Shown: in pieces, positions 38,412 to 47,767 of the stretch
Numbering within the stretch: the stretch's first letter is position 1
How the letters are laid out: every line of letters begins with the position of its first letter
Assembly (NCBI GenBank): GCA_016196115.1
Contig: JACPYI010000023.1
Location: 1,348 to 65,347, forward strand
Source of the DNA: Candidatus Sungiibacteriota bacterium
GTDB taxonomy: Bacteria > Patescibacteriota > Minisyncoccia > Sungbacterales > HO2-52-23
Direction: 5' to 3'
DNA: 64,000 nucleotides
Made by a program: the position numbers and the translations under genes
Notes under the pieces: model-generated
Databases searched by the model: none
What the model was told of the DNA's origin: nothing
What the model saw: the letters and a program-made list of their open reading frames with translations, nothing else

Positions 38412-40676
38412 ATGCTCACGAGAATCCGCGTATACGGCCATTCCCATGCATATTACCCTCTTCTTGGGGGAGCCGCATTGTGTTTCTTTCTGATGGCATG
38501 GATACTGGTGTCATTCGGCGCCTCCCGGCTTCACGCATTCGGGCCAACAGCAACAATTTATTTTGATGCTCTCAAAAACGGGCTGATCATTGCAACGGCG
38601 TTTCTCACGGCATCGCTTGTTTTTTTTATATCCCTTGACAAACGTCTGGAGAGCATGGGTTTGCGTTTGCGCGATGCGTATGCGTCTCTCGGGAGCCGTG
38701 GGCAAAACATGTGTATGCTTGCCGTGTGCGCAGTTTTCTCTTTTGCGAGCCATGCGAACAACATCTTGCGCGGTTATTTTTATCTCGATGATTTCGAAGT
38801 CATGGAGGTAGCCCGCGCCAATTCGTTTCTGCGCTCTCTCCTGATACCTCATGGCGAAGACCACATATTGCCGCTTTTCAGAATTGAAATGAAAATACTT
38901 GATACGTTCTTTGGAACCAATCCAACGCCCTATAACATTTTTGTTTTTATTATTTTCGCGCTGACTTCATTTTTTACCTATCTTGCATTCAAGCGACTGA
39001 AGCTGCCCGTGGGGAGCTTTATAATATTTTTGGTTCTCTTTAGCGGAACTCCGGCCTGGTCGGAAATACTTACCGGCTACTATACGATCTCCATATATCT
39101 GCAGATATCTTTCTTCTTTGCCGTCATGCTATGGGCATACGCGGCATGGATGCACGTGAACCGGCGGCGGTACCTGGCGATATTTGCCATCGCGCTGGCA
39201 GGCGCCGTTACGGTTGATAATACGGGAGTGTGGGTGGTACCGGCCATCATCATAGCCATGGCGGCCACATACCGACGATTCGATCGCGCGCCAACCGCGC
39301 CGCAAAGAAGATTGCGACATTTTTTTCTTCAGAACCGCTATCCCCTGTCCATCGTCGTCATCGTCGGAACGCTCTATGCGGCATTCTTTGCGATTTCATT
39401 TTTGGTGCTGCAGCCCGGCACGTTTCTATCCTCGTCGCACACGAACATACCGCACATGGCAAAGGACGGCATCTCCGTCATATCCTCCGGGCTGACTCTC
39501 GCGGCTTTTGCTCCCCATACGCCAAAACTCCTTGCCCATCCCGTATTAATAACCTCCATAGGTCGGCTATGGCCATCCTTTGAATACGCGCTGTTTTTCC
39601 TTAATCTGCTGTTCTTTTGGTGCGCCCGCAGAAATGCCGCCCGACACGAAAGAACTTTTTTAATGGGTTGTGCGGGAATCTTGTTGCTCACTATTTTTAT
39701 GGTAGTGCGCGCACGACCCGGAGCCGGCTTGATTCCTGACTTCAATTTTAAGCATGTCGGCATGTTGTTTTATTTTTATTGCGCAGTACTCGCGATTGGT
39801 ATCAACAGTATCGTAACATCAAAACGACTGAGTTGGGTCAAAACCGCCTTGCCTTTTCTCATCGTGACCGTTGCGGCGCAGCAGGCCTTCAGCTTTCATG
39901 CAATTCGATTACGCGAAGAGGCAATAAGCAGAAGAACGGCGACTGAACTGGTTCAGACACGCCTCATCTCTGAACTCAAAAAACTTTCCCAAACCGACGG
40001 CACGGCTCTTCGCGTGCCAAATCTTAGCGGTTCGTACATATACGAACCGCAAGCAGGAATCAGTCTGACCGATTATGTGCAATTTTTTAATGCGCCGATC
40101 CCGATTGCATTCCTCCAAAACGGTGCAATGCCGCCGCATGTGAAAACTCATACGGTTACCACCGTACCGAGTTTGCGCGCCGCGACGAGCCGCGAGTTTA
40201 AAGACGCGCTGAAAACTTCCGCGCGCCTGCAGCAATACTATACGGCGCCGACTCTGGTGGGCTACCAAGCCGAACTTATTTCGCGCGATTCGGCCCCTGC
40301 GCCCCATTCCCCGCAAGACCGCATCATGGCAAGACGCGGCGGTGACGCCGCCCATGCTTCCATTCTCATTGATAGCCGCGCATCCTTTGACCCTGAAAAA
40401 TTCCATCGGCTTTCTCTGGAATTGGTAACCGATGATATCCCCGGCAATATTGAGCTCCCGCTCGCCTTCACCAATGACTTCGTAAAAAAGAGCGCCGCGC
40501 GCGTGCGGATTGACGACTTTACGCCATACGTGCTGGCGGAAAATAAACGGCGTTATGCCCTTACGGCCGACTTGCTGCAGATCTATATCTATGCGCTTTC
40601 GGAACGTGTCGGGAATCTCATGCTTGAATTCCCGCCCAGAAAAAACATCAAACTCACATCCATGAGCTTTGAGTGA
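38412..40676 (+). CDS. Large polytopic membrane protein, GT-C-fold glycosyltransferase-like (12 or more TM helices plus a roughly 300-aa C-terminal extracytoplasmic domain)
   Basis: Hydrophobic N-terminal two-thirds with a DD-containing first loop (YFYLDDFEV), as in ArnT/PMT/GtrC-type GT-C enzymes; it lies immediately upstream of a polyprenyl-phosphate GT2. Confidence 0.5.
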   Translation: MLTRIRVYGHSHAYYPLLGGAALCFFLMAWILVSFGASRLHAFGPTATIYFDALKNGLIIATAFLTASLVFFISLDKRLESMGLRLRDAYASLGSRGQNMCMLAVCAVFSFASHANNILRGYFYLDDFEVMEVARANSFLRSLLIPHGEDHILPLFRIEMKILDTFFGTNPTPYNIFVFIIFALTSFFTYLAFKRLKLPVGSFIIFLVLFSGTPAWSEILTGYYTISIYLQISFFFAVMLWAYAAWMHVNRRRYLAIFAIALAGAVTVDNTGVWVVPAIIIAMAATYRRFDRAPTAPQRRLRHFFLQNRYPLSIVVIVGTLYAAFFAISFLVLQPGTFLSSSHTNIPHMAKDGISVISSGLTLAAFAPHTPKLLAHPVLITSIGRLWPSFEYALFFLNLLFFWCARRNAARHERTFLMGCAGILLLTIFMVVRARPGAGLIPDFNFKHVGMLFYFYCAVLAIGINSIVTSKRLSWVKTALPFLIVTVAAQQAFSFHAIRLREEAISRRTATELVQTRLISELKKLSQTDGTALRVPNLSGSYIYEPQAGISLTDYVQFFNAPIPIAFLQNGAMPPHVKTHTVTTVPSLRAATSREFKDALKTSARLQQYYTAPTLVGYQAELISRDSAPAPHSPQDRIMARRGGDAAHASILIDSRASFDPEKFHRLSLELVTDDIPGNIELPLAFTNDFVKKSAARVRIDDFTPYVLAENKRRYALTADLLQIYIYALSERVGNLMLEFPPRKNIKLTSMSFE

Positions 40677-40694
40677 TCACGAAAACATACTATC

Positions 40695-41642
40695 ATGATT
40701 CCTATGCCCGAACTATCCATAATCATACCTGTATATAACGAACACGAGACAATTCCCGAACTCGTCGGACGGCTGTTGAAAACGGCTGTCCTGCTCAACA
40801 TCTCATGCGAGATGCTTTTTGTGGACGACGGCTCCACAGATCAGACACCCGCACTGCTTTATGAATACGCCGCCAAAGACATGCGGATCAAAATTATCAG
40901 TTTTTCAAGGAACTTCGGACACCAAGCGGCGGTTTCAGCAGGCCTTACCTACGCCCGGGGAAATGCGATCGCGGTTATGGACGGCGATCTCCAGGATCCG
41001 CCGGAGTTCCTCCCATCTCTTTACGCTCTCTATAAAGAAGGAAACGATGTCGTCTATGCGGTACGAACGTCGCGTAAAGAAGGGTTTATCAAACGCTGCG
41101 CCTATTTCTTATTTTATCGGATTGCGCGCGCAACCGGTGACGGCATTGCCCTTCCCCTCCATGCCGGAGATTTTTCACTCATGTCCCGCCGCGTCGTTGA
41201 CCACATCAATCGTTTTCCCGAACGAGGCCGCTATGTCCGCGGCTTGCGCTCGTGGGTCGGCTTCCGGCAAGTTGGCCTGTCTTATGAGCGCGACGAGCGG
41301 CACGACGGCGTATCAAAATACAGTATCTTCAAGCTCTTTCGGCTCGCCTACGACTGTTTCTTCGGCTTTACCCGGCTGCCGCTTTTGATCATCAACGTGC
41401 TTGCCTTTGTATTTTCCCTGCTGTCCTGCTTGGGCATAGCAGTCATATTTGGCTTGCGCTTATTTACGCATGCGTATATTCCCGGGTTCGCGTCAACGGC
41501 GATTTTGATACTTTTTACCGGCGGCATACAGCTTTTTATGCTGGGCATTGTCGGCGAATACATGAAGCGTCTCTACGATGAAGTGCGGCAGCGGCCTTTG
41601 TACCTTGTGGACAAAAAAATAAACTTTGACCGTGAGAGCTGA
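40695..41642 (+). CDS. Polyprenyl-phosphate glycosyltransferase, GT2 (ArnC/GtrB/DPM1-like) with C-terminal 2-TM anchor
   Basis: LSIIIPVYNEHETI, LFVDDGSTD, VMDGDLQDPPE and C-terminal TM pair. Classic GtrB/ArnC architecture. Confidence 0.85.
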   Translation: MIPMPELSIIIPVYNEHETIPELVGRLLKTAVLLNISCEMLFVDDGSTDQTPALLYEYAAKDMRIKIISFSRNFGHQAAVSAGLTYARGNAIAVMDGDLQDPPEFLPSLYALYKEGNDVVYAVRTSRKEGFIKRCAYFLFYRIARATGDGIALPLHAGDFSLMSRRVVDHINRFPERGRYVRGLRSWVGFRQVGLSYERDERHDGVSKYSIFKLFRLAYDCFFGFTRLPLLIINVLAFVFSLLSCLGIAVIFGLRLFTHAYIPGFASTAILILFTGGIQLFMLGIVGEYMKRLYDEVRQRPLYLVDKKINFDRES

Positions 41643-42363
41643 CCTCTACGAAACATTTTGCGCAAAGGAAACAACGCACTGGTGGTTTGTGGCACGCCGG
41701 AATATATTGCAGAGTTTGATCGGCCGATATATCCCGATGAAAGTCCAGACAGCGCTGGATATCGGAAGCGGGCCCGGCATCAATATACCGCTCATCCGGA
41801 CATACGCAAAAAAAATAACATGTCTTGAGGCATCCGATACGGCGGTCGCCATGGCCCAACGCAAGTTTCCCGATCTTACGATCGTGTCCGGCTCGTTTCC
41901 ACAAACCGTTCCCGGCGGAAATTTCGATCTCATCACCATGTTCGATGTCTTGGAGCATATTGAGGAACACGCCGAAGCCCTTCAAACCGTCCGGTCTTTA
42001 CTCAAGACCGGAGGATATCTTATGCTTACGGTTCCCGCTTTTATGTTTCTTTGGTCGGCGCACGATGACCACGTCCACCATAAACGGCGTTACACCCGCA
42101 GACAGATTTGTTCCCTGCTCGCCGATGCCGGCTTCCGCATTGAGCGGGCAACATACTTTAATACCTTATTATTCCCGGCCATTGCCGGAGTGCGGCTATT
42201 CCAGCGCACACTCAAGATACGAACGACAAAAACTGATTTTGACATGGAGCCGCCCCGGTGGCTGAACTCCGTTCTGACCCGCATCTTCGGGAGTGAACGC
42301 TTTATGTTGCACTACGGAAATTTGCCGGTTGGGGTATCAATTTTTTGTGTCGCAAAAAAATAA
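41626..42363 (+). CDS. Class I SAM-dependent methyltransferase (type 11/12)
   Basis: LDIGSGPGIN (motif I), MFDVLEHI. No ATG before motif I; it probably starts at TTG 41626 or GTG 41632, overlapping the upstream gene end. First ATG is at 41734. Confidence 0.6.
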   Translation: MTVRADLYETFCAKETTHWWFVARRNILQSLIGRYIPMKVQTALDIGSGPGINIPLIRTYAKKITCLEASDTAVAMAQRKFPDLTIVSGSFPQTVPGGNFDLITMFDVLEHIEEHAEALQTVRSLLKTGGYLMLTVPAFMFLWSAHDDHVHHKRRYTRRQICSLLADAGFRIERATYFNTLLFPAIAGVRLFQRTLKIRTTKTDFDMEPPRWLNSVLTRIFGSERFMLHYGNLPVGVSIFCVAKK

Positions 42364-42369
42364 GACACT

Positions 42370-43068
42370 TCAGCCGGTAGTACGAAATATGCATAGTCGT
42401 ATGATGGTCTTGAGGCCATGCCGATATTTCATTTTCTTGCCGTCATCTCCTTTCCGGGGATGATATGATACCGGCACTTCCGCAATGCGGTAACCTTCTT
42501 TGAGCAGTCGCGCGATGAAAAGCACTTCCGACTCAAAACCGCCGGCGTCAAAATAGCTGAACGCGGCTTTGGGAAAAAGCTTATAGCACATAAGCACGTC
42601 AGTAAGAGAAGATCCGTACAGAAGATTGACCAGTTTCGTTATCGACAATGCTCCAATTCTGGACAAGAGCAATTTTTTTGGGTTTTTTTCGTATGATTCC
42701 CGTGACCCCATAACAGCGATTTTTGTCCCCGGGGCAATATCACGAAGCGGTTCCAACAATCTTGGCACCTCTTCGGGTTCACACTCAAGGTCCGCATCTT
42801 GAATGATGGCAAAGTCTCCGGCTGCCGACTCGAGACCCCTTTTCACCGCGCTACCCTTGCCGCTGTTTTGAGGAAGATGGATTACGGTGACCCGGGAAGC
42901 AAAATTATCCAACACGGAAGCGGTGCCGTCCGTTGAGCCGTCGTTCACCACAATGACCTCAACAGTCCATCCGGAGAAAGGGACGGCGAGTACCCGACGC
43001 ATGACCTCCCCGACAGTTTTTTCTTCATTAAACACCGGAACAATAAGGGATAATTTGGGAACGTTCAT
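42370..43068 (-). CDS. Glycosyltransferase family 2 (polyprenyl-phosphate sugar synthase-like, soluble)
   Basis: LSLIVPVFNEEKTV, VVNDGSTDGT, IQDADLECEPEE. Confidence 0.8.
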   Translation of the reverse strand: MNVPKLSLIVPVFNEEKTVGEVMRRVLAVPFSGWTVEVIVVNDGSTDGTASVLDNFASRVTVIHLPQNSGKGSAVKRGLESAAGDFAIIQDADLECEPEEVPRLLEPLRDIAPGTKIAVMGSRESYEKNPKKLLLSRIGALSITKLVNLLYGSSLTDVLMCYKLFPKAAFSYFDAGGFESEVLFIARLLKEGYRIAEVPVSYHPRKGDDGKKMKYRHGLKTIIRLCIFRTTG

Positions 43069-43069
43069 C

Positions 43070-43675
43070 TTATTTTTCCAATATAAAATATCTGGTCCAC
43101 GCGCTCTCATTTGGAATAAAGCTGCTGGCGATTTTCAAGCCGCTTTTTTCTATCTCTTTGGCAACTTTCCGAAACGGGAAATCAATATTTCCCATTTCCC
43201 AAAAATGTCCGCAGGGAGTCCAATATTTTTTATTATTCACGGCCGGAATCCGTATCTGTATGCCTTTTTCTTTCATCCAAGGAATCTTGAAGGTTACGCG
43301 CAGCAATGATTTGGCGTGATCGGGAACGGAAATGAACACATTTTTTTTTGCCACCCGTTTCATTTCCCCCAATGCCGCGGCGAACGACGAAAACGGCAGA
43401 TGTTCCAATATTTCAAAACCGGCAACCACGTCAAAGGCGTCGTCTTCAAAAGGAAGATGCAACACATCCCCCACCACATCGGGATTGGTTTCTGGGTTGT
43501 TATCAAGAGTGATAACTTTTACGTTATTGTCTCTGAGCACCTTGGTAGCAAGCCCGTTTCCGATCCCAACCTCAAGAACGCTTTGGGCATTGAGATTAAA
43601 AATACTCTGGTACTGATAATAATAACTAACCCACCGAGGTCTGTGATTATACTCTTTTGAGCTGTATGGATTCAT
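43070..43675 (-). CDS. Class I SAM-dependent methyltransferase
   Basis: VLEVGIGNGLAT (motif I), FEILEHL. ATGA overlap with the upstream GT-C gene. Confidence 0.75.
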   Translation of the reverse strand: MNPYSSKEYNHRPRWVSYYYQYQSIFNLNAQSVLEVGIGNGLATKVLRDNNVKVITLDNNPETNPDVVGDVLHLPFEDDAFDVVAGFEILEHLPFSSFAAALGEMKRVAKKNVFISVPDHAKSLLRVTFKIPWMKEKGIQIRIPAVNNKKYWTPCGHFWEMGNIDFPFRKVAKEIEKSGLKIASSFIPNESAWTRYFILEK

Positions 43676-45057
43676 ACGTGTATATTTCCGTCAATCTTAA
43701 GATTTTTTCTAAAATGGCGAATGGAAAAGTACCCTGCATACGCTACCCCAAATATAATCGGTTCAACAGGCATGCGAAATCTGGCATTCACGGTTAATCC
43801 GTTGATCATCGTCGTCAGCATAAAATAAACGACTACAATCATGCAAAACAGCACCTGGGCAGAAAAAAGACCTGAGCGCCAAAGATGATACAAGCCCGAT
43901 CCAAACAATACAGTCACGGCAATCCAGAAAAGGCGTCCTAAAAATACGGATGCCATGATCGTATGCATATACAACCGCGCAATCTTTAAAAACGACAGCG
44001 GCGCGGTCAAAAACAGCACGAGCGCGGGCTTCCCGATATATGCGCCCCGTTGAACCCCGGCAGCTTGCAAAAACGTCAGCATGCCGTCATGCGTGAAAAA
44101 AGTAACGGCATTCAGCGCTGAAAGTTTAACCAAGGCAACGGGGTGACGGGATATTTCAGTTATTGCCATACGCGAAATTGATCTTGGCGCATTGACATAA
44201 AGATCCGCAGATTGAACCGGTAATTTCTGCTGCTCCGCCGCAAAGCTCGTTTGATTCTCTATGGCAAGAACCGACGGCAATAAAACTTCATAGAGATTAA
44301 AAGGCATCTGTGAGCCCAGATTAATCATATTGAAAGTCCGGTAATTGCGGTATACCCACGGCGATAAGACCGTCAGAAAGAGCAAGAAGAAACATCCCGC
44401 TTTGAGCAGGATATCCCTTGGTACCTCACTACGAAGACGCCACCATGCAAACACAACCGCCAGTATCGCCAGATATTGAACAGTCGGCTTGGTAAGCGTG
44501 GCCAATCCAAGAAATAATCCGGCCAAGACCGCAAACCGAATTGACGGAGTTTTCAGAAAATTCAGAAATAGGATGAGAAATATTCCAAAAAGAGCAGTAA
44601 ACAAAACTTCCGTATAGAAAATAAAAGAGAAAAGAATCTGATAGGGCGCAAGGGCAAGCAGGATGCCGACCGCAAGCGGGGCACGATCGTATGTCGGCAC
44701 GATGAGCCGGCTAAGATACATGCCCAAGACGGGAATGAACGCCCCGAGTACCAGCTGGATCATGGCCGTCGCGGCATAGCTCCCGGTCGCCCACAACAGG
44801 AAAAATAAAAAGAACGGGTAGCCGGGAACTCCGTATGAATAGGGAGAAAACGGCGGGGTCTGATTTATGCTGAAACCGTTGCCTAAAAGCAGATTCCTGC
44901 TTATGTCAAAATAGCCGTCCTGCCCATGGATTGTATTTTCCACGTTTCCTCCATTGGCGTACAAACAGACAAAGAAGAAAGCCATCCTTGCCAATATTGC
45001 AAGAAAAAAAACAATGAGTTCTGTCTTATGCCGTTCAATGAATCTCATCATGCGCAA
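43672..45057 (-). CDS. GT-C-fold membrane glycosyltransferase (PMT_2 / ArnT-like, GT39/GT83 type)
   Basis: About 11 TM helices; N-terminal loop HGQDGYFDISRNLLLGNGF (DE/DG loop of PMT-like enzymes). Typical length of 461 aa. Confidence 0.65.
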   Translation of the reverse strand: MRMMRFIERHKTELIVFFLAILARMAFFFVCLYANGGNVENTIHGQDGYFDISRNLLLGNGFSINQTPPFSPYSYGVPGYPFFLFFLLWATGSYAATAMIQLVLGAFIPVLGMYLSRLIVPTYDRAPLAVGILLALAPYQILFSFIFYTEVLFTALFGIFLILFLNFLKTPSIRFAVLAGLFLGLATLTKPTVQYLAILAVVFAWWRLRSEVPRDILLKAGCFFLLFLTVLSPWVYRNYRTFNMINLGSQMPFNLYEVLLPSVLAIENQTSFAAEQQKLPVQSADLYVNAPRSISRMAITEISRHPVALVKLSALNAVTFFTHDGMLTFLQAAGVQRGAYIGKPALVLFLTAPLSFLKIARLYMHTIMASVFLGRLFWIAVTVLFGSGLYHLWRSGLFSAQVLFCMIVVVYFMLTTMINGLTVNARFRMPVEPIIFGVAYAGYFSIRHFRKNLKIDGNIHV

Positions 45058-46615
45058 ATATGATAAAACGATATGCTGCCAAGCTCCAGAGAGCTATGAT
45101 GGCGGCGGAAAATATTTGCGATACCATATAGGAAATATGCAGCAGCCCAACGAAAGAATACATGAATACTCCGTTTGCGCCCATATTCATTAAAGCAAGA
45201 ATAATACATAAGGTCAACTGGTACGGCATGCGGGCCCGCGACCTATCGCGGAATGTGATAAATTTCTGGGCGAGAAAACTGATCACAACCGATATGATAA
45301 AAGCATCCGTTGAGGCGTAGAGATACCATACCCGGAAGTACTCTGTAAGTATAAAGAGTACCAGCAGGTTTACCGCAAACGCCAAAATGCCGGAAAGCAG
45401 ATAACGAGCCAGAAACAAAAATCTCGCCGCGCCGAAGACAGACACAGAAGGAAAACCAACGCGATCCATAAAAGAAACGACGCGTTGCGCCCGCATAGTC
45501 CACGTGAATTCCATGACTTTCGCGCGGCCGCGTCGCGCCCGCATCGCGCCTTCGTCCCCATCCGTCGCTGCTTTCTGTATCGCTTCGGCAAATGACCGGG
45601 CATGATCGGCTTCGGCAAAAAAAACTTCTTGCTCCGTAACAATCTCCTCGATTGAAGGAACTCGCGAAGCGACTATCGGGACGCCGCTTGCCATATATTC
45701 GAAAAGTTTCATGGGTGAAGTGTAATATTTGGAAATATCCTCTTTTGCCGTATTCGGAAGAACTAAAATGTCAGCCGCTTTTTGCCAGAGAGCAATTTCG
45801 GTATGAGGCCTCCATCCTACTATTGAAATATTTGAGATATGCCCATACGACCCCTTAAATCTTTTCAGATCTTCCGGTGTACCACCCACAAAAACCACAA
45901 GATAATCCCCAGGAAGCTTCCGTGCCGATTCCGCCAGTGTATCTACGCCTTTCCATGAGTATAAATGACCCGTGTAGATGATTATTTTTTTGTCAGAGGG
46001 CAGGGAGAGTCGGGCGCGCGCCTCGGCCTTTGACTGCGCGATGCTGAACTCATCAACATCAACGGCATTTGGCTCGGTAATAATCTTATTTCTTGAAACA
46101 CCAAACCGTTTTACCGCGTGTTCGGTTTTCCAATAATTATGAATGATGAGTCCCCTCATCCGCCGGAGAAAGATGCCAAAAAGAATAAATTTGCTCTCCG
46201 GAAAATCATGCATCTCATAAAACGTTGCCGGAAAAAAGAAAGAAGCCAGCAAAAGAGGCAGGATCTCGTTGGAATATATAATATCAGACCGGCAAGCAAC
46301 AACTGCCAGATAACAAAAACAACTTATGGAGAATGAGACGGAACTTAACCAAAATGTTAATTTCTTACCGAATGGAACGAAATTTAAGTCAATAACCGGC
46401 AGATATACGACTCGAAAATTATTTTTGATGTGATAAAATGCGTAGGGATCCGTTCTTATTCTGCCGATTCTGCGCGGCACGGTCAAAACCACTTCCATGC
46501 TTGTACCGGCAAACGCTTCCGCATTTTTAGCCGCGAAGATTGATGCCGCTTTTTCGCTTGGAAAACGCCCATGGAAAATGATGAAAAAACTTTTAGACGG
46601 CATGGGTACCACCAT
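45035..46615 (-). CDS. Fusion protein: N-terminal GT4 glycosyltransferase plus C-terminal GtrA-like 4-TM domain
   Basis: GT4 core (IIYTGHLYSWKG...PMKLFEYMASGVPIVAS) followed by about 130 C-terminal residues with four TM helices (LLSGILAFAVNLLVLFIL...FLAQKFITF) matching the GtrA family. Confidence 0.7.
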   Translation of the reverse strand: MVVPMPSKSFFIIFHGRFPSEKAASIFAAKNAEAFAGTSMEVVLTVPRRIGRIRTDPYAFYHIKNNFRVVYLPVIDLNFVPFGKKLTFWLSSVSFSISCFCYLAVVACRSDIIYSNEILPLLLASFFFPATFYEMHDFPESKFILFGIFLRRMRGLIIHNYWKTEHAVKRFGVSRNKIITEPNAVDVDEFSIAQSKAEARARLSLPSDKKIIIYTGHLYSWKGVDTLAESARKLPGDYLVVFVGGTPEDLKRFKGSYGHISNISIVGWRPHTEIALWQKAADILVLPNTAKEDISKYYTSPMKLFEYMASGVPIVASRVPSIEEIVTEQEVFFAEADHARSFAEAIQKAATDGDEGAMRARRGRAKVMEFTWTMRAQRVVSFMDRVGFPSVSVFGAARFLFLARYLLSGILAFAVNLLVLFILTEYFRVWYLYASTDAFIISVVISFLAQKFITFRDRSRARMPYQLTLCIILALMNMGANGVFMYSFVGLLHISYMVSQIFSAAIIALWSLAAYRFIIFAHDEIH

Positions 46616-46620
46616 ATCTT

Positions 46621-46690
46621 TGATATAATTGCGTCACTCGGGAAAAGTGCGAGCAAGCTCTCACTTTCTCCCTCGCTCGCAATTATAACA
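46621..46690. promoter_or_regulatory. About 64-bp imperfect palindrome in a divergent intergenic region, carrying TATAAT boxes on both strands
   Basis: TATAATTGCGtcactcGGGAAAAGTGcGAG-caag-CTCtCACTTTcTCCCtcgctCGCAATTATA. TATAAT at 46624-46629 (+) and at 46682-46687 (-). Confidence 0.5.
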
Positions 46691-46716
46691 CATGTTGTGC
46701 TATACTGGAAGACAAG

Positions 46717-47757
46717 ATGAAATTCTTCCTCATACGCACCGAGAATAGCTATGCCTCGGACAAACATCTCATAGACGGACTGAAAGAAAATGGGCATGAT
46801 GTTTTTGAATTGGTTGAAAAGGACCAAAATTCCGGAAAATATATTCGTTTTGCAACACGTTTCCGGAAAGAACGGCGTACATATGATGCCGTGATTGTAG
46901 GTTTTGCATTGCCGATTTTGGTGCCTATCGTCCGATGCGTATCGTTGAAGAAAGTCATTTTTAACGCAGTATACTCGCAGTATGAGGCGAATATCGTGTC
47001 CAGAAATATCAACAGCCCGCGGTCTCTGGCGGCTCTGAAATGGTGGTGCATAGATTTCCTTTCGTTCCATTGCTCATCGTGGGTGCTTGTCGAGAGCAAC
47101 GCCCAAATCAACTTCATACGCAGTTTTTTTCTTGTCCCGAAAAGGAAACTGATAAGATCGTGGATGGGGGTTGACGAAAAAGTCTTTTTTCGCGATCCTG
47201 CGATACGAAAAAACAGAAAGTTTACCATACTTTTCCGGGGCAGATTCCTCCCGGAGTCGGGAATACTGACGGTTATAGAAACGGCGAAAAAACTTGAGCG
47301 CAAGAATATACAATTCCTTATTATCGGCCATGGTTTCCTGTACCGGGAAGTGAACGCCTGCATGGAAAAACTAAAACCGAAAAATATCGAAATGATAGCC
47401 GAAAAAATGCCTGAAAAAGAATTGAGAAATCGCATGCTTTCATGCCATATCAGCCTGGGCCAGCTTGCAAGCCATCCACGACTCCTCCGCACTCTTCCTG
47501 CTAAGCTTTTTGAGAGTCTGGCGCTCGGCCTCCCCTACCTTACGGCCCGAAACGCCGGCGTATTTGAACTCCTCACGGAAGACGAGAATTGCATGGCGAT
47601 AACTCCCGGAGATTCGAACGACCTCGCCCAAAAAATAACGTATCTCAAAGAACACCCTGAAATTCTTGAGAGAATCGCGCAGGCCGGACATGATCTCTAT
47701 AGAAAAAAACTTACGTCAAAAATACTTGCAAAGGAAGTCATATCGGCTCTATGTTAA
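46717..47757 (+). CDS. Glycosyltransferase family 4
   Basis: C-terminal AKLFESLALGLPYLTARNAGVFELL (E-x7-E region) and GT-B length. Confidence 0.7.
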   Translation: MKFFLIRTENSYASDKHLIDGLKENGHDVFELVEKDQNSGKYIRFATRFRKERRTYDAVIVGFALPILVPIVRCVSLKKVIFNAVYSQYEANIVSRNINSPRSLAALKWWCIDFLSFHCSSWVLVESNAQINFIRSFFLVPKRKLIRSWMGVDEKVFFRDPAIRKNRKFTILFRGRFLPESGILTVIETAKKLERKNIQFLIIGHGFLYREVNACMEKLKPKNIEMIAEKMPEKELRNRMLSCHISLGQLASHPRLLRTLPAKLFESLALGLPYLTARNAGVFELLTEDENCMAITPGDSNDLAQKITYLKEHPEILERIAQAGHDLYRKKLTSKILAKEVISALC

Positions 47758-47767
47758 TCAAAAACTC

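Noticed and set aside
41626-41733. Whether the methyltransferase at 41626..42363 really starts at the first ATG (41734)
   Set aside because: Starting at 41734 would remove the conserved pre-motif-I region (ETTHWWFVARR...) that sits right before LDIGSGPG. I keep the longer ORF with a probable TTG/GTG start, but flag the start as uncertain.
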